Shown here piece after piece: positions 18,446-28,563 of a DNA stretch of 64,000 bases (the stretch's first letter is position 1; each line of letters begins with the position of its first letter). The notes below the pieces were generated by a model. It worked only from the letters and a program-made list of their open reading frames with translations, was not told the origin of the DNA and did no database searches. A program made the translations under genes and the position numbers. The DNA comes from Acidimicrobiia bacterium. GTDB lineage: Bacteria > Actinomycetota > Acidimicrobiia > IMCC26256 > JAGNEX01. The stretch is from assembly GCA_018003035.1 (NCBI GenBank), contig JAGNEX010000007.1, forward strand, positions 14,393 to 78,392. Direction: 5' to 3'.

Positions 18446-19429
18446 ATGGTCGAGATCTTCTGGCTTTTGACGGCTGGCGCAGCTCTTCGCTTCGCGCCCG
18501 GAATCGACCGCACGCGAACGGCAACGGTGTGCGATCAACTCGTGCTGTGGGTGGCGCTTCCCAGCATGGTGCTCGTCCAGGTCCCAAGACTCGAATGGAC
18601 CAGTCAGGCGATGATCCCAACCGCGGTTGCCTGGGGGGTCTGCTTGGGCTCGGCTGCCGCGGTGGCGACCCTGGCCAAGCTGCGAGGCTGGACGACCGCT
18701 CAGACCGGCACATTGATGCTCGTCGTACCCCTCGCGAACACGTCGTTTCTCGGCATCCCCGCTGTCGAGGCGCTGTTGGGCGCAGATCACGTCCCCTTCG
18801 CGATCCTCTACGACCAACCGGGCAGCTTCCTGGCGCTGTCGACCTACGGATCGATCGTGGCAGCCCGATACGGCGCATTGGTCGCCGAAGAACGAGCACG
18901 CGAGAAACGACCCACGACCGCCAGCGGAGTACAGGCCGCCGTTAGCCAAGGCGGCGCGGTCAGCACCCTGCCGAAAGCAGATGTTGCGTCGATCATCAAA
19001 AAGGTGGTCACGTTTCCGGCGTTCGTAGCGCTCGTCGCAGCGATCATCGTTCGCCAGACGGGACTTCCCGATTCGTTAGACGAAGCAATCGGACGTCTCG
19101 GATCGATGTTGACACCGCTCGTGATGCTTGCGATCGGCCTCAGGCTCGTCGTGCCCAAACCCAAAGACCTCAACGAGCGGCTGGCCATTGGACTGCTGTT
19201 ACGCCTGGTGGCCGCGCCTGCAGCGGTCTTCGCAGTTCGCGCTCTCTTGAACGGCTCAGGGCCCGTGTGGGAGACGACTCAACTCGAATCTGCCATGCCG
19301 TCGATGGTGACGGCGTCCATCGTCGCGGCGGGGGCGGGATTAGACGAACGACTCGCGACAGATATGGTCGGGCTCGGTTTGGTGGCATCTCTGCTCACGC
19401 TCCCCATTTGGGCCGGGATTGCAACCTAA
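18446..19429 (+). CDS. AEC (auxin efflux carrier) family transporter
   Basis: About 10 TM. ANTSFLGIPAVEALLG matches the AEC NTxFxGxP block. ATG 18446; upstream ORF portion discounted. Confidence 0.8.
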   Translation: MVEIFWLLTAGAALRFAPGIDRTRTATVCDQLVLWVALPSMVLVQVPRLEWTSQAMIPTAVAWGVCLGSAAAVATLAKLRGWTTAQTGTLMLVVPLANTSFLGIPAVEALLGADHVPFAILYDQPGSFLALSTYGSIVAARYGALVAEERAREKRPTTASGVQAAVSQGGAVSTLPKADVASIIKKVVTFPAFVALVAAIIVRQTGLPDSLDEAIGRLGSMLTPLVMLAIGLRLVVPKPKDLNERLAIGLLLRLVAAPAAVFAVRALLNGSGPVWETTQLESAMPSMVTASIVAAGAGLDERLATDMVGLGLVASLLTLPIWAGIAT

Positions 19430-19479
19430 GACCCCAACCGCTCCACCCGGACCCAACTACGGAAGGCTTTGCGGTCATA

Positions 19480-20496
19480 ATGTCGCCCATGTTGTCAATG
19501 CTTGCTGCCGCGGAAGCCGACTCGTCGCTCCATTCTTTTCACGTTTCCGGAGCGATATGGATCGGGTTCCTGGTCTTTGTTGCAGTCCTCCTGCTCGTTG
19601 ACCTGCTTGTCCTGCACCGCGACGCCCACGACATTTCCATCCGAGAAGCCGGCATTTCGTCGGCGATCTGGATCGCGATCGGGATCGGGTTTACCGGCGT
19701 GGTCTGGGCCCTCATCGGCTCAGATGCCGCAACGCAGTACATCACGGGTTATGCGATCGAAAAATCCCTGTCCGTCGACAACGTCTTTGTCTGGGCGGTG
19801 ATCTTTGGGTACTTCAACGTGCCCAACAAGTATCAGCACCGGGTGCTGTTCTGGGGAGTCTTCGGCGCCCTGGTGCTGCGGGCGATCTTCATCTTCGCCG
19901 GAGTCGCCCTGCTCGATGCCTTCGACTGGCTGCTGTACGTCTTTGGTGCGCTTTTGATCATCACGGCCATCCGTGTGGCGCGCCACAGCGACGAAGAGAT
20001 CCATCCCGACCAGAACCCGGTGCTTCGAATAGTTCGGCGTTTTGTCCCCGTTAGCTCGCATTACGACGGGCAGAGGTTGTTCACCCGGATCGACGGGCGC
20101 CGTCTCGCGACGCCGCTGTTCGTCGTCCTGATCTTGATCGAAGCCACCGACGTCGTCTTCGCTGTCGACTCCGTTCCAGCAATTCTGGCCATCAGCCGAG
20201 ACCAGTTCGTGGTGTTTTCGTCGAATGCAATGGCGATCTTGGGGTTGCGGGCCCTGTACTTCTTGTTGGCAGGGGCTAAAGATCGCTTGATCTACCTGAA
20301 TGTCGGCCTTGGGGTGATCCTGTTTTACGTCGGGGTCAAGATGCTGATCTCGAACTGGTACCACATCCCAACGCCGATTTCGTTGGCTGTGATCGTTGTC
20401 GTGCTCGGCATCACCGTCTGGCTCTCGCTGCGGGCTTCGGCCGGCCAAGAGCCCGAATCGACGGACGGTTCAAGCTCGGCGTCCAACAAGCACTGA
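19480..20496 (+). CDS. TerC-family integral membrane protein
   Basis: Polytopic. EATDVVFAVDSVPAILAIS and YAIEKSLSVDNVFV are TerC-type repeated motifs. ATG 19480. Confidence 0.85.
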   Translation: MSPMLSMLAAAEADSSLHSFHVSGAIWIGFLVFVAVLLLVDLLVLHRDAHDISIREAGISSAIWIAIGIGFTGVVWALIGSDAATQYITGYAIEKSLSVDNVFVWAVIFGYFNVPNKYQHRVLFWGVFGALVLRAIFIFAGVALLDAFDWLLYVFGALLIITAIRVARHSDEEIHPDQNPVLRIVRRFVPVSSHYDGQRLFTRIDGRRLATPLFVVLILIEATDVVFAVDSVPAILAISRDQFVVFSSNAMAILGLRALYFLLAGAKDRLIYLNVGLGVILFYVGVKMLISNWYHIPTPISLAVIVVVLGITVWLSLRASAGQEPESTDGSSSASNKH

Positions 20497-20524
20497 CCGA
20501 CACGCACAGACCGACACGCACAGA
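20497..20524. repeat. Perfect 14-bp tandem duplication CCGACACGCACAGA x2 (plus degenerate third unit)
   Basis: Begins immediately after the TerC stop codon and ends 20 nt before the USP ATG. Confidence 0.8.
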
Positions 20525-20544
20525 CACCCACAGAGGAGCACGAC

Positions 20545-20967
20545 ATGGCGGTGAACACGATTCTGGTCGCGGTGGACGGTTCCCCGCCTGCAAGCCGTGC
20601 CCTGGAGTGGGCCAACGATCTAGCCGCGCAACTCGACGGCACGCTCGTCGCCCTGCACGTCTTTGAGCCGCTGATGTCGATGGGCAATGGCGACGGCCCG
20701 GTCGACCTCGCCTCGCTCTACGACGCAGCTCAACAGCGACTCGAAGGCGAGTGGACTGCGCCGTTACGCGAACGCGGCACTACGTATCGGACGATCATCA
20801 CCGAAGGGCGTCCGGTGGACGCGATTGCGGACACCGCCGAAAGTGTCGGTGCAGACCTGATCGCCCTTGGAGCTCGCAGCATGTCGGTTGTTCGGCAGAC
20901 GCTTTTAGGGTCGACAGCGCTGCGCCTACCTCAGGAAACGACCCGTCCGGTGGTGGTCATCCACTAA
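20545..20967 (+). CDS. Universal stress protein (single UspA domain)
   Basis: ILVAVDGSPPASRAL ... LGARSMSVVRQTLLGST ... VVVIH. GAGGAG RBS. Confidence 0.9.
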   Translation: MAVNTILVAVDGSPPASRALEWANDLAAQLDGTLVALHVFEPLMSMGNGDGPVDLASLYDAAQQRLEGEWTAPLRERGTTYRTIITEGRPVDAIADTAESVGADLIALGARSMSVVRQTLLGSTALRLPQETTRPVVVIH

Positions 20968-20971
20968 CGGC

Positions 20972-21784
20972 TCAGCCCTTGACCATCAAGAGCTTCATCT
21001 CGATGGTCGCCTCGTCTGAAACCGACAGCACGATCGGCGCCGACGGAGCTTCGACGTCGAAGTCACTCAGTTTTACGTCGGTGGTGGCCACGATGACCAT
21101 GGTGTTATCCACCAGCTGCGCTTCGATTTCGAGCGTCACCGGCTTGGTTACGCCAGCAACGGTCAAATCACCCGTGCCCTCGACTGCGACCTGGTCACCT
21201 GCGGCGGCCCCATCGGGCAGGGTAATCGGGTCTGTCAGGGTGAACGTCGCTGTCGGGTACTGGTCGGTTTTCAGCGCTTGACGCGCCTTATCGTCACGCC
21301 GCGATTCGTTGGTCTCGATCGACGCCATGTTGGCCTCCATCTGGACCTGCGTCACGGAATCGCCATCGACGGTCAGCGAACCCTCGATCTCGCCGGTCCG
21401 CCCGACCGCGGTGGTTGACCCGATGCTTGAGAGTTCCTCATCGACTCTGAAACCGACGAAGGACCCTGTCGCAGACTCGTAATCGAAGTCGCCCGACTCG
21501 GTATCGACCGTCCACGTTCCATCCAAGCCTTCGGAGGGCCCAGCGGAATCCGCCGTCGTCGAAACGCTGGTAGCGCCCGTCTCGGTCTCGGTTGCACTCG
21601 CGTCATCGGTGCCCGACGCGCTCGCGCTGGCGTCCTCCGACCCGTCCACCTCCGATACGGCATCTTCAAGCGAGACAGCAGACGGCGCATCATCCCGGAC
21701 TAGGAAGTACCAGCCAGCAAAGGCCAACAGCCCAAGTACGACAACGACAACGACGATCTTGGTTGCACGGCTCACGCGCTGCAC
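20972..21784 (-). CDS. YceI-like (polyisoprenoid-binding) protein with N-terminal TM anchor and acidic S/T linker
   Basis: TM helix IVVVVVVLGLLAFAGWYF. C-terminal beta-barrel-like segment with GDLTVAGVTKPVTLE typical of YceI. Confidence 0.75.
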   Translation of the reverse strand: MQRVSRATKIVVVVVVLGLLAFAGWYFLVRDDAPSAVSLEDAVSEVDGSEDASASASGTDDASATETETGATSVSTTADSAGPSEGLDGTWTVDTESGDFDYESATGSFVGFRVDEELSSIGSTTAVGRTGEIEGSLTVDGDSVTQVQMEANMASIETNESRRDDKARQALKTDQYPTATFTLTDPITLPDGAAAGDQVAVEGTGDLTVAGVTKPVTLEIEAQLVDNTMVIVATTDVKLSDFDVEAPSAPIVLSVSDEATIEMKLLMVKG

Positions 21785-22078
21785 CTCTCAAAACACGGCG
21801 CACGTAACGCCGCACGGCTGTGAGAGACCCCACGACATTTTCACCTGCCGTACGTCCACCCGGCAGGTCTGCGGGAGGACGACATTTGGTCTCATTTCGG
21901 TGCGACGATAGCGCGGCCCGCATGCGGACCTGACCCTGACCGGTGGTTTTCGGTGTCACCAATGGGTGGCAGTTCCGTCAGGATGCCTGGCCGCGACGGC
22001 GCCCAGGCCCAGGCGGCACGTGCAAGGTTGGGCTTGCGCCGGGCCACAGCCAGGCCGTCGGGAACTCCAGAACTTCGG

Positions 22079-22630
22079 TCAGACAGAGATTTCAGGGCGA
22101 GCATCGGAGGCCGCGTCTCTGACGATGCCGCTCTTTAAGTCGAAGACCATCGGGACAAGTTGCACGACGCCTTCCCGGATCCGCTGTCCGACCGGTCCCG
22201 GGTGAGTCCGCAGCAGACCGGCCGTTCGGCGGGCGTGAGCAAACGACAAGTCTTCGGGAGCCTTGGCGCCGGTTACCGCCATCGTCGCCCGAAGCGGGTC
22301 CAAGATCGGGTCCAAATATGGGGGCGATTCAGGATCGAGAGCGCCTTCGACAGCACCGCATGCGGTGTGACCCATGACCAACACCACCGGCACCCCCAAG
22401 GCTTCAGCTGCGAAGTCGAGGCTTGCAAGTGCCGCGGCGGTGGCCGAATTACCTGCATTGCGCACGACGAAGAGGTCGCCTTGTTCCCTCCCGAATACGA
22501 GAGACGGAGTCACGCGGGCGTCAGAGCAGGTCAATACCGCTGCGAAAGGCTCGTGGGTTGGAACGCCGTTCCATACCACGTTCTTGTGGGACGCGTATCC
22601 CGAGATCAGATCGGCGAGTTCGTTCGACAT
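22079..22630 (-). CDS. Beta-class carbonic anhydrase
   Basis: CSDARV (CxDxR) and HTACGAV (HxxC) zinc-ligand motifs. ATG 22630. Confidence 0.85.
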   Translation of the reverse strand: MSNELADLISGYASHKNVVWNGVPTHEPFAAVLTCSDARVTPSLVFGREQGDLFVVRNAGNSATAAALASLDFAAEALGVPVVLVMGHTACGAVEGALDPESPPYLDPILDPLRATMAVTGAKAPEDLSFAHARRTAGLLRTHPGPVGQRIREGVVQLVPMVFDLKSGIVRDAASDARPEISV

Positions 22631-22799
22631 CGGTGTGGCATCCCCTGATCGCTCAGGCCTTTGTGGCACTCGGCCGCATGACCGTTGCGACAAGGTAATC
22701 GGCGGCGTTCGACCTTCCCTAAAACATCCCAGATCGTGGCAACGTCACGGAACGTTCATACAAGCGTCGGTACGCGGCGCGCTGAGTACACTCGCTCAG

Positions 22800-23801
22800 A
22801 TGATGGACCAAGCCGCGACCGAACCTACCGGCTGTTTTGTCGTGCCGAACGATGCTGACACGGTGGTCGAAGCGCGCAACCTGGCCAAACGCTTCCCGAG
22901 CGGAGTTGACGCAGTACGCGGTATCAACCTCCGTATCGGCAGGGGCGAATTTTTCGGCCTGCTCGGACCGAACGGCGCCGGTAAGTCCACCACGGTTGGC
23001 ATGCTCACCTCGATGGTGACGCCGACGGGTGGGAGCGCATTTATCGAGGGTGTCGACGTCGCCGCCGAACCCGCAGCGGCCAAGGCTCATCTGGGGGTCG
23101 TTCCCCAGACCAACACACTCGACCGTTCGCTCACCGTGCTCGAAAACCTCGTCTTTCACGGTCGCTACTTCGGCATGGCAAAGAAGGCCGCACGCTCAGA
23201 AGCCGAACGACTCCTCGAACAGTTCCGACTTGAAGAACGCTCCGGCGCCCAGGTGGCGGCGTTGTCGGGAGGCATGGCGCAGCGGCTAATGGCGGCACGG
23301 GCGATCATGCACCGCCCTTCGGTGCTGTTTTTGGATGAACCGACGGCCGGCCTTGATCCTCAGAGCCGGATTGCGCTGTGGGAAATCATCCAGGAACTGC
23401 ATCATGCAGGTCAGACGGTTGTGCTGACCACCCATTACATGGAAGAGGCGGAAGACCTCTGCGACCGGGTAGCCATCATCGATCAGGGCCGCATCATTGC
23501 TTTGGACAGTCCCGATGCGCTGAAGGCGTCGCTCGGGGCAGCACGTTTCGCCGTTGTCAGCGTGGCCGGTAACGCAGGCGAGTTCGCCGCCGCGGCGCAG
23601 CGAGACCTCAACATCGTGTTGGACGCGACGGTCGAGAGCGACACGCGAGTCCGGATGTCGCTCAAGACGGGGACCGGAGTCTTGGCCCAACTTTTGGGGG
23701 TGGCCGAAACCGTAGGTACGACCGTGACCGACTATTCGATTAGCGAGCCCACGCTTGAAACGGTGTTTATCAGCCTGACGGGGAAGGAACTCCGCGAATG
23801 A
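22800..23801 (+). CDS. ABC transporter ATP-binding protein (DrrA/ABC-2 type)
   Basis: Walker A GPNGAGKST, signature LSGGMAQRL, Walker B VLFLDEPTAGLD. ATG 22800; upstream ORF part is antisense to the carbonic anhydrase. Confidence 0.9.
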   Translation: MMDQAATEPTGCFVVPNDADTVVEARNLAKRFPSGVDAVRGINLRIGRGEFFGLLGPNGAGKSTTVGMLTSMVTPTGGSAFIEGVDVAAEPAAAKAHLGVVPQTNTLDRSLTVLENLVFHGRYFGMAKKAARSEAERLLEQFRLEERSGAQVAALSGGMAQRLMAARAIMHRPSVLFLDEPTAGLDPQSRIALWEIIQELHHAGQTVVLTTHYMEEAEDLCDRVAIIDQGRIIALDSPDALKASLGAARFAVVSVAGNAGEFAAAAQRDLNIVLDATVESDTRVRMSLKTGTGVLAQLLGVAETVGTTVTDYSISEPTLETVFISLTGKELRE

Positions 23802-24724
23802 GCAGTCATCTGCCGAGCGGCCCAAAAGGCCGCGTATCAGCGAGTTCTGACCCCGCCGGCTCCAAGGCCCGTGCGGCTGCGCCGCGATCATCGGCGGACA
23901 CGTCGAGCGGATCGGCGGGCACACCCACGAAAGGGCCGAACACCACTCGGGTCGTCGGAGCGCTGCTGGCACGCGACATGTTGGTCGTGCGCAAGAACCT
24001 CGGCGAGTTCATTCCGCGCACGCTGCTCCAACCGCTGCTCTTGGTGTTCGTCTTTACCTACGTGTTCCCGAAGATCGGGCAAGGCATCGGCGGCGCCAGC
24101 GATACCGAAGGCCTGTTTTCGACCATCTTGGTGGCGGGCGTCCTGGCCACCACCATCATGTTTCAAGGCATCCAGTCGACCGCATTACCGCTGGTCCAAG
24201 ACTTTGCCATCACCAGAGAGATCGAAGACCGAGTCCTCGCCCCGCTCCGCATCGACGTTGTCGCCATCGAAAAGATCATCTCAGGCTCGCTGCAATGTCT
24301 GTTGGCCGCGCTGCTCGTTTTTCCGATCGCGACCATCGTGCCGGCGACGCCCGTCCACCTCGTGATCAAGTGGCCGGTTCTCCTAACGATGGTTCCGCTG
24401 GCATGTATCAGCGCATCGGCGCTTGGGCTGACGTTCGGCACCATCTTTGAGCCTCGCAACGTGCCCATGCTTTTCGGGGTGATCGTCGTGCCACTGACGT
24501 TCTTGGGCTGCACCTACTATTCGTGGCAGTCGCTGTCTGCCATCAAATGGCTGCAGATCGCGGTGCTGGTCAACCCTCTGGTGTATTTGTCGGAGGGTTT
24601 CCGGGCAGCGGTCACCGACGTGGATCACATGCCGCTGGTCGTCATCTACGCGTTTCTGATCGCATTTACGATTCTGACCACGGCGATCGGTATTCGAAGC
24701 TTCCGTATGAGGGTGCTGAAGTAA
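23798..24724 (+). CDS. ABC-2 type permease with ~60-aa S/A/P-rich N-terminal extension
   Basis: ATGA overlap with the ATPase stop (23798-23801). 6 TM profile typical of ABC-2 exporters. Confidence 0.8.
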   Translation: MSSHLPSGPKGRVSASSDPAGSKARAAAPRSSADTSSGSAGTPTKGPNTTRVVGALLARDMLVVRKNLGEFIPRTLLQPLLLVFVFTYVFPKIGQGIGGASDTEGLFSTILVAGVLATTIMFQGIQSTALPLVQDFAITREIEDRVLAPLRIDVVAIEKIISGSLQCLLAALLVFPIATIVPATPVHLVIKWPVLLTMVPLACISASALGLTFGTIFEPRNVPMLFGVIVVPLTFLGCTYYSWQSLSAIKWLQIAVLVNPLVYLSEGFRAAVTDVDHMPLVVIYAFLIAFTILTTAIGIRSFRMRVLK

Positions 24725-24741
24725 CTCCTCTACTCCGGTGA

Positions 24742-25731
24742 TTACGGAGCGATCCGGCTCACGTGAGCGCCGTCGGACTCCGCGTACCAGAGTGCCCCCT
24801 CATCACCTGCCGCGATGAGCACCGGGGTTTGTTCCGCGCTCGGAACGTCGTACTCGGTGATGTCGCCATCGATGGTGACCCTGCCGACGCGGGTCTCATC
24901 AGGTTCGGTATACCAGAGCCCTGATGACCCTCCTGCGATCAGCACCGGGTGTCGATCCGCATCGGGAAAATCGACCTCGGTGATGGTCCCCGCCCGGTCC
25001 AAATGCCCCAGTTGATCGGGCGCGGACTGGGTGAACCACAGCTCGCCGTTATCGTCAGAGGCCATCACGACGGGTTCACTGTCAGCGTTCGGTAGCGCAT
25101 AGGACCGTGTCGTACCGTCGTCGCTAATGGACAAGATGGCAGACGTTCCCGTCTGATAGAGCCAGAACGAACCGTCGGGCCCAGAAGCGACCGACTGGAC
25201 ACCGGCATTTGGCTCATCGAGTGTCACGGTTGCTACTTCGTCGCCTTTGATGACGGCGACAGTGCCCACCACATCGGAGGCGACCAGCACGGCGTCACCG
25301 CTGGCGGTGATCCTGCTGACAGGGCCGCCAATTCCCAGGTCGGACACGGTCGTGAGTGTCCCGTCGGCATCGATATGGCCGACATCGTTGCCTTCGGTTT
25401 CGGTAAACCAGACTCCATCATCGGACGGGGCGATCGTCCCGACACCGCCGGCGACGTCCCCCAATTCGGTTCGACTAATGGCGCCGTCGATCTGAAGGTG
25501 GGCGATGGAGGCACCAGGGTCTTCTACGAACCAGACCGAACCGTCAGGCGCCGCTGCCAGGGCAATAGGTGCCAGCTTGGGATCGACGTTGTACCGGGTA
25601 ATGGTTCCCGACTCTTCTGAGGCGGTGTCGTCACCAGAGCAGGCGACGACACCGAACACAGCGACGGTGAACAAGACTGCCGCACCTAGCCGTAGGGACT
25701 GGCACGACCGGCGGGGAATCCTCGGAAGCAT
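24742..25731 (-). CDS. Secreted/lipoprotein beta-propeller with Vgb (streptogramin lyase)-like repeats
   Basis: Signal peptide plus lipobox (VVAC). Six ~40-aa repeats ending in SVWFVE / GVWFTE / FWLYQ / ELWFTQ / GLWYTE / ALWYAE. Confidence 0.65.
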   Translation of the reverse strand: MLPRIPRRSCQSLRLGAAVLFTVAVFGVVACSGDDTASEESGTITRYNVDPKLAPIALAAAPDGSVWFVEDPGASIAHLQIDGAISRTELGDVAGGVGTIAPSDDGVWFTETEGNDVGHIDADGTLTTVSDLGIGGPVSRITASGDAVLVASDVVGTVAVIKGDEVATVTLDEPNAGVQSVASGPDGSFWLYQTGTSAILSISDDGTTRSYALPNADSEPVVMASDDNGELWFTQSAPDQLGHLDRAGTITEVDFPDADRHPVLIAGGSSGLWYTEPDETRVGRVTIDGDITEYDVPSAEQTPVLIAAGDEGALWYAESDGAHVSRIAP

Positions 25732-25743
25732 CAGGTAGTCGTA

Positions 25744-26892
25744 TCAGATGCCGAGGGAGCGACCGATGATCTCTTTCATGATCTCGGTCGTACCGCCGTA
25801 GATGGTCTGGATGCGGCTGTCACGGAACGCCCGAGCGATCGGGTACTCCTCCATGTATCCGTAGCCGCCGAACAGTTGTAGGCAGCGGGTGGTGACTCGC
25901 AGCTGCATTTCGCTGCACCACCACTTGGACTTAGCCGCGTCTTCAGCGCTGAGCGTTCCGTCGTTGAGTTGAAGGATCTGACGCTCGACGTACGCGCGGG
26001 CCATGTCGATTTCGGTCCGGCATTCCGCCAAGACGAAACGGCTGTTCTGGAAGGTTCCGATCGGGCGACCGAACGCGGTGCGTTCCTTGACGTAGTCAAG
26101 GGTCCACTGAAAGACCTGCTCGGCACCAAAGACGGCGCCGACCGAAATACCGAGGCGCTCTTGGGGCAGCTTGCTCATGAGCTGAAAAAAGCCCATCCCC
26201 TCGTCGCCGAGCAGGTTCGCGGCGGGAACGCGCATATCGGTGAAGAACAGTTCAGCGGTGTCTTGGGCGTGCAACCCGATCTTGTCAAGGTTGCGGCCGC
26301 GCTCGAAACCCGGCGTATCGGCCTCGACAACGATCAGCGACATGCCGCGGTGACGCTCTTCGGGGTTGGTCTTGGCCGCGACGATGACCAGGTCGCAGAG
26401 GATGCCGCTCGAAATGAACGTCTTGGAACCGTTGATCACGTAGTGGTCGCCGTCGCGGACCGCCGTGGTGCGGATCGACGCAAGGTCAGATCCAGTCCCA
26501 GGTTCGGTCATGGCAACCGCTGTTAGCAAGCTTCCATCGGCGATACCGGGCAGCCAGCGCTGCTTCTGTTCGTCGTTCGTTTCCTTGAGGAAATAGGGCG
26601 TGCAGATGTCGTTGTGCAGACCGATGCCCATGGTCGAACCGGCAAGGCCCCGCTTGGTGGCCTCTTCGTTGATGATCGCGTTGTAGCGGAAGTCCTCGAC
26701 GCCCCCGCCGCCGTACTCCTCGGGGATTGCCATACCCAGTAGCCCGGCCTGCGCTGCCTTCCGGTACATATCGCGGTCGACGATCCCGTCCCGCTCCCAC
26801 TTTTCGTCATTGGGGACCACTTCGCGGTCGAGAAAGCCGGCAACGGTTTCCCGAAACATCTCATGGGTGTCTTCGTAAAAGGGTGCTAGCAC
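25744..26892 (-). CDS. Acyl-CoA dehydrogenase
   Basis: Full-length ACAD pattern: TEPGTGSD, GSKTFIS, IYGGTTEIMKEIIG. GTG start 7 nt after GAGGAG. Confidence 0.9.
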   Translation of the reverse strand: MLAPFYEDTHEMFRETVAGFLDREVVPNDEKWERDGIVDRDMYRKAAQAGLLGMAIPEEYGGGGVEDFRYNAIINEEATKRGLAGSTMGIGLHNDICTPYFLKETNDEQKQRWLPGIADGSLLTAVAMTEPGTGSDLASIRTTAVRDGDHYVINGSKTFISSGILCDLVIVAAKTNPEERHRGMSLIVVEADTPGFERGRNLDKIGLHAQDTAELFFTDMRVPAANLLGDEGMGFFQLMSKLPQERLGISVGAVFGAEQVFQWTLDYVKERTAFGRPIGTFQNSRFVLAECRTEIDMARAYVERQILQLNDGTLSAEDAAKSKWWCSEMQLRVTTRCLQLFGGYGYMEEYPIARAFRDSRIQTIYGGTTEIMKEIIGRSLGI

Positions 26893-27031
26893 CGCGATTC
26901 TCCTCGTTTGGCGTCAACGTCGCGACCGACAGAAACTGCTCCCCAGCAGATCAGCACGCTACCCATCACAGACTGAACAACGCGAAACCCTCTCATGACA
27001 AGGTGATCGGGCCGGCAAGACGTCCGATCGG

Positions 27032-28531
27032 TCAGCTGGAACGAAGGCCGAAGAGGTCGTAGTCGGCGACGTTCCACCTGGAGAGAAGCCGCTGGTACCG
27101 CTTGACCCGATCCGACCAATTGTTGGTGTTGCGACCGGCTTCGTTGGTGTACCAACTGTCGCATCCTGCCGCCCACACAGTTCCCGCAAGCTCACTTTGG
27201 AGCTCGGCGTTGTACGCGGCGCTGATTTCGGGACGGACGGCAATGACCCCGTTTTCGAGCCTGTTCAGCGTTTCCAGAGCCTGAATCACGTAGCCGAACT
27301 GGGCTTCGAGCATGGCGATGATCGAGTTGTGCCCCAGGTTCGTGTTGGGCCCGTACAGCAAGAACATGTTTGGCATGTTGGGGATGGTCACGCCGAGGAA
27401 GGCTTCGGGGCCGTCCTTCCACTGTTCTTGAAGGTCGATCCCGTCCGCTCCGGTCACCGTCATGGGCATCATGAAATTGGTGGTCCGAAACCCGGTGCCG
27501 TACACGATCACATCGGCGTCGACGTGACGACCGCCTGCTACCACGCCCGTAGCGTCGATCGAGTCAACACCTTGTGGGATAAGCGTCACGTTGGGACGCG
27601 TCATCGCTGGATACCACTCACTCGAGAACAGAATTCGTTTGCAACCAATTGGTTCGGTCGGGGTCAGCATCGAACGCAGCGCAGGATCGCGGACGTCCGT
27701 TTCGAGGTTCTTCCGCGCCATACGGGCGATCATCTGCTGCCGCCACTGGCTGCCTCCGTGAGAGAACATGACGGTGTCGAGCAGCCAAAACGTGAAGTTG
27801 CGTTGTGATCGCTGCAGGAACGGAAAGCGGCCGTACCACGATCGCTCCCGCGGGCCGATTTCTCGATCGATCTTGCGGATGATCCACGGAGCGTTGCGCT
27901 GAAACACGGTGACATGGGCCGCTCGATCCACCAGCCACGGCACGAACTGGATGGCGCTGGCACCGGTTCCGAGGACGGCCACTCGCTTTTCTGACCAATC
28001 GATCGAGTGATCCCAGCGAGCCGAATGGAACGCGGGACCCCCGAACTGGCTTCGGCCTGGAAGCGCCGGCACCAGCGGATGATGAAGTTGACCGAGGGCG
28101 GGAATGACTACGTCGAAGACATCGCTTTCGCCGGAGGCGAGCGTCAAGGTCCAGTTCCGATGCTCATCTGAATACGTCAGATGAGTGACCTCGGCGTTGA
28201 ACCGGACCCGGTCGAGGAGCCCCCCTTGCTGTGCGCACATCTTGAGGTAGTCGAGGATCTCGTGTTGGGGACTGTAGGACCGCGTCCAGTTTGGGTTGGG
28301 CCAAAAGGAGAACGAGTACAACTGAGACGGCACATCACAGGCCGCCCCGGGATAGGTGTTCTCCCGCCACACTCCCCCAACCTCGTCGGCCTTCTCGAAA
28401 ATCGTGAAGTTGGTGAACCCCGCGTCTTGAAGCTGGAGGGCCATCCCAAGCCCGCCGAAACCTGACCCGATGATTGCGATCCGCAGTCGCCTGCGATCGT
28501 TCGGCGGCAGGAGCTTGAGCGGGTCGTTCAT
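27032..28531 (-). CDS. Type I Baeyer-Villiger / flavin-containing monooxygenase
   Basis: GSGFGG (FAD GxGxxG), FGGPAFHSARW (BVMO fingerprint FxGxxxHxxxW), VLGTGASA (NADP Rossmann). Confidence 0.85.
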   Translation of the reverse strand: MNDPLKLLPPNDRRRLRIAIIGSGFGGLGMALQLQDAGFTNFTIFEKADEVGGVWRENTYPGAACDVPSQLYSFSFWPNPNWTRSYSPQHEILDYLKMCAQQGGLLDRVRFNAEVTHLTYSDEHRNWTLTLASGESDVFDVVIPALGQLHHPLVPALPGRSQFGGPAFHSARWDHSIDWSEKRVAVLGTGASAIQFVPWLVDRAAHVTVFQRNAPWIIRKIDREIGPRERSWYGRFPFLQRSQRNFTFWLLDTVMFSHGGSQWRQQMIARMARKNLETDVRDPALRSMLTPTEPIGCKRILFSSEWYPAMTRPNVTLIPQGVDSIDATGVVAGGRHVDADVIVYGTGFRTTNFMMPMTVTGADGIDLQEQWKDGPEAFLGVTIPNMPNMFLLYGPNTNLGHNSIIAMLEAQFGYVIQALETLNRLENGVIAVRPEISAAYNAELQSELAGTVWAAGCDSWYTNEAGRNTNNWSDRVKRYQRLLSRWNVADYDLFGLRSS

Positions 28532-28563
28532 GGCTGAGACATAGCGGCGATGCTCGACACCCG

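Noticed and set aside
17001-18899. The upstream ~630 codons of the 849-aa minus-strand ORF (16350..18899)
   Set aside because: This part is antisense to the well-supported MBL sulfatase-like and AEC genes. It is Arg/Pro/Gly-rich with no motifs, a typical ghost ORF of GC-rich DNA. Only the 3' PAP2 part (16350-17000) is kept.
19380-19479. Expected yybP-ykoY (Mn2+) riboswitch upstream of the TerC-family gene
   Set aside because: Only 50 nt separate the AEC stop from the TerC ATG. I could not find the conserved GGGGAGUAG / CAAGACAU-type elements on inspection.
22750-22757. GAACGTTC palindrome between the carbonic anhydrase and ABC genes as another KstR-like site
   Set aside because: It is only 8 bp with no spacer and the flanks are not symmetric. 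This is expected by chance in 64 kb.
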